Shown here piece after piece: positions 1-10,292 of a stretch of DNA of 64,000 nucleotides. The stretch is taken from the NCBI GenBank assembly GCA_965217895.1, contig CBDCJV010000002.1, positions 1,280,001 through 1,344,000 on the forward strand, read 5' to 3'. Source of the DNA: Waterburya sp. (GTDB taxonomy: Bacteria; Cyanobacteriota; Cyanobacteriia; Cyanobacteriales; Xenococcaceae). The notes beneath the pieces are model-generated. The model did no database searches and was not told the origin of the DNA. It was given only the letters and a program-made list of their open reading frames with translations. The position numbers and the translations under genes are program-made. Positions within the stretch are counted from its first letter, which is position 1; every line of letters begins with the position of its first letter.

Positions 1-166
1 TAATAGGTAGTGGGTAGTGGGTAAGCTATCGATGCACTTAAATTGCACATTATTTTTATTTAATTAGGAAATAAACCATTAAACCCTCTCCCTATTTCCC
101 TATCTTCCTCAACAGGTAAACTAAATGCTTAACAGCTTATTATTAGGTAGCAGGTAGTTGGTATAA

Positions 167-1324
167 ATGACTTTAATTTTTTTGGTTTCTTTATCTTTGG
201 TAATCTGGCTATTTTTATTATTGTTTTGGGGTGGGTTTTGGTTATCTAATCAACGTCTTGAAGATAGTGATTACAAATTAGAAAAATATCCCACTGTCTG
301 GGCAATTGTTCCTGCTAGAGATGAGGCAGAGGTATTGCCTATAAGTTTGCCTTCCTTGTTAAATCAAAATTATGAAGGTGAATTTAAAGTAGTTTTAGTT
401 GATGACAATAGTTGCGATCGCACTTCTGATGTATCCCAGGAAACTGCCGCTAAACTTAATAAAACAGAGAAATTAAAAGTAGTTAAAGGTAAACCTCTAA
501 ATAAAAGCTGGAAAGGTAAATTATGGGCAATGGAGCAGGGAATTAGCTCTGCTCAACCAGCTCCTGACTATTTTTTGTTTACTGATGCAGACATTAAACA
601 CGATCTTAATAATTTGAGCCAGTTGATTTATAAAGCAGAAACCGAAGATTTAGACTTGGTTTCTTTAATGGTCTTGTTGCGCTGCAAAAGTTTTTGGGAA
701 AAGTTATTGATTCCTGCTTTCGTCTTTTTCTTCCAGAAGCTTTATCCTTTTGCCTGGGTTAATAATCCTCATAAATCCATGGCTGCTGCTGCGGGAGGCT
801 GTATCTTGATTAGCAATCAAGCTTTATTGGACATTGGCGGTATTACAGCTATTAAAGATGCTCTGATCGATGATTGTGCTTTGGCAACGGCAGTTAAGTC
901 TCAAGACAAAAATATTTGGCTAGGGTTAAGCAAAACAACTACTAGCCTGCGCCAGTATGATAATTTAAAAGTAATTTGGGATACTATTGCCCGCACCGCC
1001 TTCGATCAGCTGCACTATTCTTTCTTGTTATTAGTTGGCACAGTTATCGCCATGAATATTATTTATTTAGCTGCACCTATATGTTTGGTTATAGGAATAA
1101 TAACTACTAACTGGCTATTAACAGGAATGGCATTATTCACTTGGTTATTGATGGCTTGTGCTTATATACCGACCCTAAAACTATATAACTTATCGCTTCT
1201 TTGGGCATTTAGTCTTAGTGCGATCGCTTTTTTATACGTTTTGATGACTATGGACTCGGCGATCAAATACTATCAAGGCAAAGGCGGTAGCTGGAAAGGA
1301 AGGACTTATACTAAATCCTGTTGA
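167..1324 (+). CDS. hpnB: Hopanoid-associated GT2 glycosyltransferase (HpnB-like)
   Basis: VPARDE, VDDNSxD, WKGKLWA, FTDAD, AAAGGCIL, ALIDDC motifs; C-terminal TM helices and GGSWKGR end. Confidence 0.8.
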   Translation: MTLIFLVSLSLVIWLFLLLFWGGFWLSNQRLEDSDYKLEKYPTVWAIVPARDEAEVLPISLPSLLNQNYEGEFKVVLVDDNSCDRTSDVSQETAAKLNKTEKLKVVKGKPLNKSWKGKLWAMEQGISSAQPAPDYFLFTDADIKHDLNNLSQLIYKAETEDLDLVSLMVLLRCKSFWEKLLIPAFVFFFQKLYPFAWVNNPHKSMAAAAGGCILISNQALLDIGGITAIKDALIDDCALATAVKSQDKNIWLGLSKTTTSLRQYDNLKVIWDTIARTAFDQLHYSFLLLVGTVIAMNIIYLAAPICLVIGIITTNWLLTGMALFTWLLMACAYIPTLKLYNLSLLWAFSLSAIAFLYVLMTMDSAIKYYQGKGGSWKGRTYTKSC

Positions 1325-1361
1325 CATACATTATTTAAAGATCTAGAAAATAATCAAGAAA

Positions 1362-1475
1362 TATAGCATTCTAGCAGGAGCGTATCAGTATACGCTCCTG
1401 CTAGTGCGTCCAAAATTAAAGTACAGAGTTGATATCCGAAATCAAGAGGGTCACTTCATAAAATTGGTAACGTCC
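1362..1475. mobile_element. Degenerate TATAGC-ended MITE-like element carrying a perfect 15-bp hairpin (1371-1404); may serve as terminator between convergent genes
   Basis: TATAGCATT...AAAGTACAGAGT resembles the left end of the element at 43124; CTAGCAGGAGCGTAT-CAGT-ATACGCTCCTGCTAG stem; right end poorly conserved. Confidence 0.4.
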
Positions 1476-2645
1476 TTATGGCTTAAGTACAACCTTAATA
1501 CAGTTATCTTGTTTTTTCTTAAAGATGTCGTAGCCTTTAACTGCATCCTCTAAATTCATACGGTGGGTAATTATATAAGATGGATCGATGTCACCATTTT
1601 GAATGCGTTCTAAAAGCGGCTGCAAATACTTTTGGACGTGAGTTTGACCAGAGCGCAAAGTCAAGGCTTTATTAACGATCGCTCCTAATGGTACGTGATC
1701 TACATAACCACCATAAACCCCAGGAATTGAAACCGTACCGCCTTTACGACAGGCGATTATTGCTTCGCGTAGAGCGATTGGTCTACCACTTTCTATGCCG
1801 ATAGTTTGTTTTGCCTTGTCAACCAGATTCATGACATCTGTACCGTGAGCTTCCATACCTACGGCTTCAATACAGCGATCAGGACCTCTGCCATTGGTCA
1901 TTTCATCCAAGGCTTCTAAAATATCGACTTCTTCATAGTTGAGAACTTCGGCTTTGCTCTGTTCTTTTGCCATTTTTAACCGTTCTTGAATGCGATCGAT
2001 CGCAATTACTCTTTCTGCACCCAACATATAGGCACTTCTAATAGCAAACTGTCCCACTGGACCACAACCCCAAATGGCTACGGTATCTCCTGGTTCGATA
2101 TCGGCATTTTCTGCTGCCATATAGCCAGTCGGGAAGATATCGGTTAAAAATAAAACCTGATCGTCTTTCATGCCGTCGGGAATTTTAAGCGGGCCGACAT
2201 CGGCATAGGGGACGCGGGCATATTCTGCCTGACCTCCTGCAAAGCCACCAAAGGTATGAGAATAACCAAATATTCCCGAAGATGAGTGACCAAAGTTCTC
2301 TTTTGCCATCTCTTTGTTAGGATTGGAATTATCGCACAGCGACCATAAATCCCTATTGCAAAAGAAGCAGCTACCGCAAGCAATCGTAAATGGTACGACA
2401 ACGCGATCGCCTTTTTGTAAATTATTAACTCCCTTGCCTGTCTCAACGACTTCACCCATAAATTCATGACCCATAATATCTCCCTCTTTCATAGTGGGAA
2501 TATAGCCGTCGTATAGGTGCAAATCAGAACCGCAAATTGCTGTTGAGGTAATTTTAATTACTGCATCGCGGTCGTCTTCTATTTTTGGATCGGGTACGTT
2601 GTCTACTCGTAAGTCATTGGCACTATGCCAGCATACGGCTTTCAT
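1476..2645 (-). CDS. Zinc-dependent alcohol/formaldehyde dehydrogenase (MDR family)
   Basis: [22 protein letters not shown] structural Zn site, [14 protein letters not shown] nucleotide-binding motif. Confidence 0.88.
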   Translation of the reverse strand: MKAVCWHSANDLRVDNVPDPKIEDDRDAVIKITSTAICGSDLHLYDGYIPTMKEGDIMGHEFMGEVVETGKGVNNLQKGDRVVVPFTIACGSCFFCNRDLWSLCDNSNPNKEMAKENFGHSSSGIFGYSHTFGGFAGGQAEYARVPYADVGPLKIPDGMKDDQVLFLTDIFPTGYMAAENADIEPGDTVAIWGCGPVGQFAIRSAYMLGAERVIAIDRIQERLKMAKEQSKAEVLNYEEVDILEALDEMTNGRGPDRCIEAVGMEAHGTDVMNLVDKAKQTIGIESGRPIALREAIIACRKGGTVSIPGVYGGYVDHVPLGAIVNKALTLRSGQTHVQKYLQPLLERIQNGDIDPSYIITHRMNLEDAVKGYDIFKKKQDNCIKVVLKP

Positions 2646-2678
2646 AATATTTGATTTCTCCGAATTTCATACAACTAG

Positions 2679-2693
2679 TAGACCAGTCGTCTA
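2679..2693. promoter_or_regulatory. Putative TetR operator TAGAC-N5-GTCTA upstream of the dehydrogenase
   Basis: Palindrome TAGACCAGTCGTCTA about 34 nt upstream of the start; near-identical copy upstream of the tetR gene. Confidence 0.6.
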
Positions 2694-2833
2694 GTCATAA
2701 ATAAATACTAGCGATTTAAACGATAACGATTAATCTAACTAAAGGCAGAGATATTTAAAAACCTGATTAAACGAACGCCTGATTATCTACTAGCAATAAG
2801 CCAATGTTAACAGGCTAGACGGCGATAATAAAT

Positions 2834-3430
2834 TTAGCTAAAGATAGAGATATTCAAAACCCGCTCAAATAAAATTTTGACAAAGGTTTGCATCGGCAAG
2901 ACTGATTTAGTGACTTTAGCTTGCAGAATAGCTCCTTCCCAACCAGACAAGATAAACTTGGCCAGAGCCTCAAAATTGCGACTGTTCTCAATTTCTCCAG
3001 CTTCATAAGCTGCTTTCAAACATTGAATAAAATGCTGTTCCCATTCAGCAAATATCTGATTGAGGCGATCGCGAAACAACTCATTTTGCGTTGATAACTC
3101 TTGAGCCAGATTGCCAATTAAGCAACCATCATTACATTGATGAGCTTCCATCTCAGCAATTTTATATTCAAAATAGTTATATAATCGTGTCAATGGAGAA
3201 TGCTGTTCGTCTTTCAAAAAAGTTTTCAACCTGTGACGATATTCCTGGGCAAAATCATCAACAATCGCTAGTCCAAAATCTTCTTTGCTGGAAAAATAAT
3301 AATAAAATGAACCTTTGGGAACGCCAGCTTTGGTTAATACATCATTAAGGCTTGTTCCCTTGAATCCTTGCTGGACGACAATTTCCTTGCCAACTTGGAT
3401 TAGCTCATTGCGTTTATTAGCACGTTTCAT
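2834..3430 (-). CDS. TetR family regulator (NemR/AcuR-like)
   Basis: N-terminal HTH with GVPKGSFYYYFSSKE; GCLIGNLAQE and WEGAIL C-domain motifs. Confidence 0.9.
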   Translation of the reverse strand: MKRANKRNELIQVGKEIVVQQGFKGTSLNDVLTKAGVPKGSFYYYFSSKEDFGLAIVDDFAQEYRHRLKTFLKDEQHSPLTRLYNYFEYKIAEMEAHQCNDGCLIGNLAQELSTQNELFRDRLNQIFAEWEQHFIQCLKAAYEAGEIENSRNFEALAKFILSGWEGAILQAKVTKSVLPMQTFVKILFERVLNISIFS

Positions 3431-3443
3431 ACTTTAATTATAG

Positions 3444-3458
3444 TTGACCAGTCATCTA
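3444..3458. promoter_or_regulatory. Putative autoregulatory TetR operator
   Basis: TTGACCAGTCATCTA, 13/15 identical to 2679-2693, about 14 nt upstream of the tetR ATG. Confidence 0.55.
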
Positions 3459-3686
3459 TAAAAATTAAACAACCATAATTAACGTCAATTGATTTTGAAC
3501 AGCAATCAGTTGACGTTGATCGACGGGCGAAGCCTGCTCTGACCTATGTTATTTATAAACATTAGCAAAAGTGGCTACCTATAAAAGTAGGTAACCATAT
3601 AGCTTGCTTATATAGAAAAAGCTTTGATATTAAATTCTGCCCAACGCCGTTATTAAAAAGAACCTGTAGCGTGGTGATAATTCTTT

Positions 3687-3887
3687 TTATTCCATTGGGT
3701 TTACAGCACTTTTTTGCTGATGAATTTTTTCTGGTACGGGCTGTGCATTACTACTAAAGGGCGAATAGGATGCAATCATGACAATAGGTAGAGTCAAAGT
3801 TACTATCGCAACTCCAGTACCTAAAACACCTGCCCACCTATGACCAGGAGGATCTTCGACTTTTCCTGGGCGTTGGCTAACTTCCAT
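3687..3887 (-). CDS. Small single-TM hypothetical protein
   Basis: 66 aa, ATG start, one hydrophobic helix (GVLGTGVAIVTLTLPIVMIA), fills an intergenic space. Confidence 0.6.
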   Translation of the reverse strand: MEVSQRPGKVEDPPGHRWAGVLGTGVAIVTLTLPIVMIASYSPFSSNAQPVPEKIHQQKSAVNPME

Positions 3888-4056
3888 ACGTAAATATGAT
3901 AAATCTAGCTTTATCTTAGTGAATGGTTAGGGAAAGTAGAATTTAAAGACAATCTTTATATCTACTCTATTATTATAGCCATAAATCTCAATTATGTTGG
4001 TATCTTACTTGATTTAAGTTATAAAATTTTAATTAAGCTATTTTGGAGATCGATTA

Positions 4057-4947
4057 ATGGAAGCACAGATAAACACGTTTAGTCATCATTCTGTGCTGAG
4101 TCGAGAATTAATAGCAGGCTTAAACATCAATCCACAAGGGCATTACCTAGATGCCACTGCTGGTGGTGGCGGACACAGTGAACTAATTTTAGATCGCGGA
4201 GAAAATATTAGGCTGTTGGCAATAGATCGCGACGAGACTGCGATCGCTGCTGCTAAAGTTAGATTAGCACGTTACTATCCTCAACAACTAAAATTTTGGC
4301 AGGGAAATTTTGCTGATTACCAGCCAGACAATTTATTATTTGAGGGGATTATTGCCGATTTGGGCGTTAGTTCTCCCCAGCTAGACGTTCCAGAACGAGG
4401 ATTTAGCTTTCGTAATGCTGCTCCTTTGGATATGCGTATGGATCGTTCAGACGGCATTACCGCAGCAGAGATTGTTAACCACTGGAAAGAGGTTTCTTTA
4501 GCTGATTTGATTTATGAATATGGAGAAGAAAGATTTTCCCGTCGGATTGCTAAGAAAATTGTGCAGCAACGTCCTTTTCAAACCACTACGGATTTAGCTT
4601 CGGCGATCGCCTCTACCGTACCAGGAAAATATCGTCATGGCAGAATTCACCCTGCTACCCGTACTTTTCAAGCTCTACGTATTGAGGTTAATCAAGAACT
4701 AAAGTCATTAGAAAAATTTATTGATCGCGCTCCCAACTGGCTCAAGCCTGGGGGAATTATTGGTATTATAAGCTTTCATAGTCTAGAGGATCGCATTGTT
4801 AAACATCGCTTTCGAGGTAACGAGCTATTAGAAGTTATTACCAAAAAGCCAATTACGGCTCAACCAGACGAACAACGAACCAACCCGCGATCGCGCTCGG
4901 CTAAGTTAAGATTTGCCCAAAAAACAAGCACAGAAGCCAAATTTTAG
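4057..4947 (+). CDS. rsmH: 16S rRNA m4C1402 methyltransferase
   Basis: [60 protein letters not shown]. Confidence 0.97.
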   Translation: MEAQINTFSHHSVLSRELIAGLNINPQGHYLDATAGGGGHSELILDRGENIRLLAIDRDETAIAAAKVRLARYYPQQLKFWQGNFADYQPDNLLFEGIIADLGVSSPQLDVPERGFSFRNAAPLDMRMDRSDGITAAEIVNHWKEVSLADLIYEYGEERFSRRIAKKIVQQRPFQTTTDLASAIASTVPGKYRHGRIHPATRTFQALRIEVNQELKSLEKFIDRAPNWLKPGGIIGIISFHSLEDRIVKHRFRGNELLEVITKKPITAQPDEQRTNPRSRSAKLRFAQKTSTEAKF

Positions 4948-5195
4948 TTGCCTTCTGTCATTGGTTCGATACAAAGAGCGTTAGCTTCTGGTTTAGATAA
5001 AGTCAAAATTTTATCTTTTAAGATAATTTGCACGCCTCCTTGAGCCACAGAAAAATCTAAGACTACAAAAGCCGTACCAGGAACTAGCCCTTTAGAAATC
5101 AATTTGCCTACATAACCACCATAAACTTTGTTATAGCCAATAACAATCGCTGCCGAACCCAAAGATAATTCAAAGATATTAATAGTTATTCTCAT
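4944..5195 (-). CDS. feoA: FeoA-family SH3-like protein
   Basis: [10 protein letters not shown] motif and L-S-x-x-EA C-terminus typical of FeoA. Confidence 0.65.
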   Translation of the reverse strand: MRITINIFELSLGSAAIVIGYNKVYGGYVGKLISKGLVPGTAFVVLDFSVAQGGVQIILKDKILTLSKPEANALCIEPMTEGN

Positions 5196-5204
5196 AAACC
5201 CTAC

Positions 5205-5564
5205 TTAGCTGGCGAAAGTAACAATGATTTTTTGAGCAATTTCTGAGCCAATACCGATCAGCTTGTCGTCAAAGCTGAGAATTACTGAACCATTATTAGT
5301 TTTGCTGACTAACTGTACTACTTGCCCTGGTTTTAACTGTAAATTTCGTAATTGGCGAGTGACTTTGCCTGGAGTATAGAGTTTAGTAATTAACCAGGAG
5401 TTTTCTGTAGGTATCTGATGCAAAAAATGGCAGTCAGGATTAGAATCTAGCTGTTTTGCTGACTCTAAAGTCGATTTGGAAGATATGTTGCCAATAAAGG
5501 TAAATTCCTGAAATCCTTTAGAGTTCTTAGCATTTAAAGATTGAATATCTACAGAATTAGTCAT
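5205..5564 (-). CDS. feoA: FeoA-family protein with N-terminal extension
   Basis: QLRNLQLKPGQVVQLV...GSVIL...IGIGSEIAQKI FeoA pattern. Confidence 0.65.
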   Translation of the reverse strand: MTNSVDIQSLNAKNSKGFQEFTFIGNISSKSTLESAKQLDSNPDCHFLHQIPTENSWLITKLYTPGKVTRQLRNLQLKPGQVVQLVSKTNNGSVILSFDDKLIGIGSEIAQKIIVTFAS

Positions 5565-5574
5565 GACAAAGTTT

Positions 5575-5647
5575 ATTGAGAGAAATTGCTATTTATTTTC
5601 TATAAATACATATAGCGCGATTTGGTCTTGTTGACAATTATTTTTAA
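5575..5647. promoter_or_regulatory. Possible Fur-type boxes upstream of the feoA pair
   Basis: ATTGAGAGAAATTGCTAT (5575-5592) and TTGACAATTATTTTTAA (5631-5647) resemble the 7-1-7 Fur consensus; AT-rich background lowers specificity. Confidence 0.35.
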
Positions 5648-5812
5648 GTAGTATTTTTAAGTAGATTTATTTTATTCATGGCTATCAAAAACTTTAAGCT
5701 CCAGATTATTTATAGCTAGATTGCTGCGAATTGGCTGTAGAGAAGCGATCGTGTCAATAAAGGATAGGTGTATTTACCAGATCCAAATCCACCAGAAAAA
5801 GAGTTTCCAAGA

Positions 5813-6385
5813 TTATCGTCTTTTGGGATAAAGCCATTTTGAAAACAACCTAGTCATTCTGGGCATAGCTACATAGGTCATTAACAATACGAGTATGGCG
5901 GTAGAAATTAGACTTCGTAGCAATAAAGGTAAAGAAAATGATGCCAATAAAGGTACAAGGGTTAGATTTGCCAGTTGGATCAAGGGAAAAAGAGCAAGTA
6001 AAGTTACCGTTGCCATTTTGTAGCGTGGCGGGGGAATGATTCTTCTGGGAGAAGGTAAGGTAAACCAAGTCTCTAAGCCTGTAATCATCCTAATTCTGGC
6101 TGGTTCTAGGCGCAAACTTTCTGCACGAGCTAACCACTGATGGCGACATTCTGATTCCTGCCAAATCTGCAAATTACTGGCGCGATCAAATTTAAAAATA
6201 ATTTGATATTCGTTATTTTCAGGACTACCTGGACGAAAAACATTAGCACCTAAATGCCCTTCAAAAGTCATAGCCGACGCGGTAATACCAGAGATAAATT
6301 TCTCAAATGCTTCTTCACATCCTGGTTTAACTTGTCGTGAGATAACAACGGTGACTGGCGGATCGACTGAGTGATGGTGACTCAT
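5813..6385 (-). CDS. Antibiotic biosynthesis monooxygenase (ABM)-domain membrane protein
   Basis: VTVVISRQVKPG, TGLETWF, PPRYKMA, LMTYVAMP..TRLFSKWL family pattern. Confidence 0.8.
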   Translation of the reverse strand: MSHHHSVDPPVTVVISRQVKPGCEEAFEKFISGITASAMTFEGHLGANVFRPGSPENNEYQIIFKFDRASNLQIWQESECRHQWLARAESLRLEPARIRMITGLETWFTLPSPRRIIPPPRYKMATVTLLALFPLIQLANLTLVPLLASFSLPLLLRSLISTAILVLLMTYVAMPRMTRLFSKWLYPKRR

Positions 6386-6475
6386 TCCCTTGTTTTTAAA
6401 CTTTTAGATTAGCTGAAATCGGAGTCGAAACCTTAGTTTTATGACCAATGATTAATTAGTAAATTAAGTAAATTA

Positions 6476-6517
6476 GTAGCTGAGGATACATCTTTATTGA
6501 TTTTAACTGTATACAGT
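6476..6517 (+). promoter_or_regulatory. NtcA-activated class II promoter (GTA-N8-TAC, N22, TAN3T)
   Basis: GTAGCTGAGGATAC at 6476-6489, exactly 22 nt spacer, TACAGT at 6512-6517, 46 nt before the ATG at 6564. Confidence 0.8.
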
Positions 6518-6563
6518 ATGCAATATTAAGCAAATAATTATTAATGACTAGGTTTTTAGCTTT

Positions 6564-7556
6564 ATGCTAGTCACAAAAGAAGAAATATTCAAAAGGTTTT
6601 GGTATCCTGTGATGCCAACCTCACAAATGTCAGAGCAACCTCAAGGATTTGAGTTATTAGGTCAAAAAATTGTCTTGTGGTTAGATGATTTAGGTCAACC
6701 AGCAGTGGCAAGCGATCGCTGTTGTCATCGTTCGGCACAACTATCAAAGGGCAAAGTTATCGACGGCAATATTGTCTGTCCATATCATGGCTGGCGGTTT
6801 GACGGATCGGGAGTCTGCGTCAAAGTCCCTCAGCTAGAAGACAGTAGCCAGATACCTAAAACATATCAAATAAATACCTATCTGGCTCAAGAACGTTACG
6901 GATATGTGTGGGTATGCCTGGGTGAACCTTTGAAGGGAATTCCTGAAATAGCCGAAGCCAACGATCCCAGTTTTCGTTTGATTCCCGAATTTTATGAAAC
7001 TTGGCACTGTGCCGGCTTGAGAGTGATGGAAAACGAATTCGATCTAGCTCATCCTACCTTTGTCCACACTACGACTTTTGGTAGTGAAGCTCATCCTATT
7101 CCTGATGCAATAGAAGTGAAGGAAACTGAATACGGCATTACTGGTACAGCTACTTTGGGAGTAGTTAACCCCGAACAGCAGCAGAAAAATCTCAAAATGG
7201 ATGAAGGAATAACTACCAGAGTTTTAGATTTAGACTGGTATTTACCTTTTACCTGCAAGCTGAGGATCAATTATCCCAACGGCTTAGTCCATATCATAGT
7301 TAATACCACGACACCAATTAACGATTCATCTTCGCAGATAGTGCAGTTTTGTTTGCGAAATGATACCGAAGCTGACACGAAAGCAGAAGACGTGGTGGCA
7401 TTCGATCGCGCAGTAACCTTAGAAGACAAAGCTGTATTAGAGACTACTGATTATGATGTGCCTCTGGATATAAAACTAGAACAACACATGATGACAGATA
7501 AGCCAGGAATTTTGATACGGCGAAAGTTGAGCAAGCTTTTGGCAAGTAATAAGTAA
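6564..7556 (+). CDS. Rieske non-heme iron oxygenase, probable hypoxanthine/xanthine hydroxylase (HpxD-like)
   Basis: DRCCHR and CPYHGW Rieske ligands, ENEFDLAHPTFVH mononuclear Fe motif; context with NCS2 permease, hpxO and uraH. Confidence 0.8.
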   Translation: MLVTKEEIFKRFWYPVMPTSQMSEQPQGFELLGQKIVLWLDDLGQPAVASDRCCHRSAQLSKGKVIDGNIVCPYHGWRFDGSGVCVKVPQLEDSSQIPKTYQINTYLAQERYGYVWVCLGEPLKGIPEIAEANDPSFRLIPEFYETWHCAGLRVMENEFDLAHPTFVHTTTFGSEAHPIPDAIEVKETEYGITGTATLGVVNPEQQQKNLKMDEGITTRVLDLDWYLPFTCKLRINYPNGLVHIIVNTTTPINDSSSQIVQFCLRNDTEADTKAEDVVAFDRAVTLEDKAVLETTDYDVPLDIKLEQHMMTDKPGILIRRKLSKLLASNK

Positions 7557-7560
7557 AAGA

Positions 7561-7590
7561 TAGGGGTAGAACGGTCGTTCGCCCTTAACA
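7561..7590. repeat. Cyanobacterial REP-like palindrome followed by AATAACT heptamers
   Basis: TAGGGGTAGAACGGTCGTTCGCCC; related copies at 23994 and 48721. Confidence 0.65.
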
Positions 7591-7612
7591 ACTAATAACT
7601 AATAACTAAATT

Positions 7613-9013
7613 ATGGTACAACCAACAAATCAAGAACTAACTTTAGAAGAAGATATTGCCAGAGAAACACCTGCTTCGATTGAATCCGACTTAATTTATG
7701 GCTTAGAAGCTCGTCCGCCGTTTGTCGAATCAATATTTGTGGCATTACAGCACGTATTTGCCTGTTTTGTTGGTATTATTACCCCTGGGCTGATTATCTG
7801 CGGGGCGTTAGAAGTGCCTCCTGCCGATACTACTTTTATTCTTAGTATGTCTTTAGTAGTCTCAGGTATTGCCACTTTTATTCAAGCTAAAAGGTTTGGA
7901 CCAGTGGGTTCTGGTTTATTAAGCATACAAGGAACAAGCTTTGCATTTTTGGCACCAATTATTGCTGCTGGTTTGGCAGTAAAAGGGACTGGAGGTTCTG
8001 CCACAGATGCACTAGGTTTGATTTTTGGACTGTGTTTTTTTGGAGCTTTAATTGAAATTATTATTAGTCGTTTTCTACACTTGGCGAATCAAGTAATTAC
8101 ACCGTTAGTTACTGGGGTAGTAGTTACTTTGATTGGTTTGACCTTAATCAAAGTTGGTATCACTTCTATGGGTGGAGGAGTGGCAGCCCAAAAAGACGGT
8201 ACTTTTGGCAGTTGGACTTATTTAGGCGTTTCTCTGTTGGTGTTGGCAGTAATTGTTATTCTCAATAGTCTTAGCAGTAACTTTTTACGGATGTCATCAG
8301 TAGTTATTGGTTTGGCTGTAGGTTACTTAGTTTCGATTCCTTTAGGATTAGTCGATTTTAGTAATTTGTCCCAATTGCCCCCAATTGCCTTGCCGATACC
8401 GTTTAGATATGGCTTGAAATTTGATTTTGGGGCGTTTATTCCCTTTGCTTTTTTATATGTAATTACTTCCATTGAATCAATTGGCGATTTAACTGCCACC
8501 TCAGCCATTTCTGGCGAACCAATTGATGGTCCAATATATTTTCGTCGTCTTCAAGGCGGGATTTTGGGAGATGGAATCAATTCAATGATTGCTGCTTCTT
8601 TAAATACTTTTCCCAACACTACCTTTAGTCAAAACAACGGCGTAATTCAGCTTACAGGAGTAGGCAGTCGCTATGTAGGTTACTTTATTTCGGTAATCTT
8701 TGTTATTCTCGGTCTTTTTCCCATCATCGCGGGAATTTTTCAGGCTTTACCTCAACCAGTTTTAGGTGGCGCGACAATTATTATGTTTGGAACTGTGGCA
8801 GTAGCAGGAATTAAAATTCTGTCGATGGTCAATTTAACCAAACGTAATTCAATTATTTTGGCAGTTGCTTTCAGCATGGGTTTGGGAGTAACTTTTGTTC
8901 CTGAAATTCTCGACGCTTCACCCGATCTAATTAAAAGTGTTTTTTCTTCAGGTATTTCTACGGGAGGTCTTACCGCTTTAATTCTCAATATGCTTCTGCC
9001 AGGTAGAGAATAA
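7613..9013 (+). CDS. NCS2/NAT nucleobase permease (xanthine/urate type)
   Basis: ALQH in TM1, ESIGD, NAT signature TTFSQNNGVIQLTG, PVLGG. Confidence 0.92.
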   Translation: MVQPTNQELTLEEDIARETPASIESDLIYGLEARPPFVESIFVALQHVFACFVGIITPGLIICGALEVPPADTTFILSMSLVVSGIATFIQAKRFGPVGSGLLSIQGTSFAFLAPIIAAGLAVKGTGGSATDALGLIFGLCFFGALIEIIISRFLHLANQVITPLVTGVVVTLIGLTLIKVGITSMGGGVAAQKDGTFGSWTYLGVSLLVLAVIVILNSLSSNFLRMSSVVIGLAVGYLVSIPLGLVDFSNLSQLPPIALPIPFRYGLKFDFGAFIPFAFLYVITSIESIGDLTATSAISGEPIDGPIYFRRLQGGILGDGINSMIAASLNTFPNTTFSQNNGVIQLTGVGSRYVGYFISVIFVILGLFPIIAGIFQALPQPVLGGATIIMFGTVAVAGIKILSMVNLTKRNSIILAVAFSMGLGVTFVPEILDASPDLIKSVFSSGISTGGLTALILNMLLPGRE

Positions 9014-9124
9014 TTTTGAGGGATTTTTTACTATTTTTTTTTGATTTGTAATCTTTTTTCTTAAAGCTAATAGCTGATAGCTAATAGCTTAAAACCAATA
9101 ACTGACTACTGTTAGCGAAAAATT

Positions 9125-10288
9125 ATGTATAACTTAAAAGCAATTGTGATTGGCGCGGGTATGGCTGGATTAGGAGCGGGTATTGCTTTGCGCCAGGCGG
9201 GATACGAGGTGGAAATCTATGAGAAGACTAGAAAGCTTCGTCCTGCGGGGGCAGGTATTTCTCTATGGTCAAATGGAATTAAGGTTCTGAATAAATTAGG
9301 ATTGGGCAAGGAAGTTGCTGCCATTGGCGGACAGATGAACCGCATGGAGTACCGTAATCTTCAAGGAGAGGTTTTAAACGATGTCAACTTGATTCCTTTA
9401 ATGGAACAGGTAGGACAAAGACCTTATCCTGTATCCCGAACAGATCTACAGCAGATGATGCTGAACGCCTTTGGTGAATCAGACGTAAACATGGGAATGC
9501 GCTGTGTGGAAGTTAAACAAGATGTAGATAGTGCCACAGCTATTTTTGAAGATGGTACTACTACCACAGGGGATGTAGTTATTGGTGCAGATGGGATTCA
9601 CTCAGTAGTGCGTAGTTATCTTGCTGGTGGCAAAATAGAATCTCGCTATGCGGGCTATGTTAACTGGAATGGTATAGTCGAAGCTAGTCCCGATTTGGCA
9701 GAAAATGATGTTTGGGTAATTTATGTCGGGGAAGGAAAGCGCGCCTCGATGATGCCTATAGGGGGCGGACGTTTTTACTATTTTATGGGCTGTCCCAAAC
9801 CTAAAGGAACAAAAGTTGCACCCCAAGATATTCGCGCTGAACTAAAAGAAACCTTTACAGGTTGGGCGCAACCAGTCCAAAACCTGATTGAAAAACTCGA
9901 TCCCGAACAGGTTAACCGCCTGGAAATTAGCGATATCGATCCTCTTCCTAGTTTGGTTGAAGGTAGAATTGCCCTAGTAGGAGATTCTGCCCATGCTACT
10001 ACTCCAACTTTGGGGCAGGGAGGCTGTCAGGCGATGGAGGATGCAGAAGTTTTATGTCGTTATTTGATAACAACTAACATTAGCGTCGAAGATGCCCTTA
10101 AGCGTTACGAGGCAGAACGCAAAGAAAGGGTAGCGCAGCTAGTATTAAAAGCCCGTAAGCGTACTGATACTATCTATAATAAAGAACCAGATTTGACCAA
10201 GCAATGGTACGAGCAGTTAAAACAAGAACAAGCCGAGGATGTTACAGGTGCGATCGCCAAAATAATTCTTGGTGGACCATTGCATTAA
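9125..10288 (+). CDS. hpxO: FAD-dependent urate hydroxylase
   Basis: GAGMAGL, GADGIHS, YAGYVNWNG, GKRASMMP, GDSAHATTPTLGQGGCQAMED; purine-catabolism context. Confidence 0.85.
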   Translation: MYNLKAIVIGAGMAGLGAGIALRQAGYEVEIYEKTRKLRPAGAGISLWSNGIKVLNKLGLGKEVAAIGGQMNRMEYRNLQGEVLNDVNLIPLMEQVGQRPYPVSRTDLQQMMLNAFGESDVNMGMRCVEVKQDVDSATAIFEDGTTTTGDVVIGADGIHSVVRSYLAGGKIESRYAGYVNWNGIVEASPDLAENDVWVIYVGEGKRASMMPIGGGRFYYFMGCPKPKGTKVAPQDIRAELKETFTGWAQPVQNLIEKLDPEQVNRLEISDIDPLPSLVEGRIALVGDSAHATTPTLGQGGCQAMEDAEVLCRYLITTNISVEDALKRYEAERKERVAQLVLKARKRTDTIYNKEPDLTKQWYEQLKQEQAEDVTGAIAKIILGGPLH

Positions 10289-10292
10289 CGAA

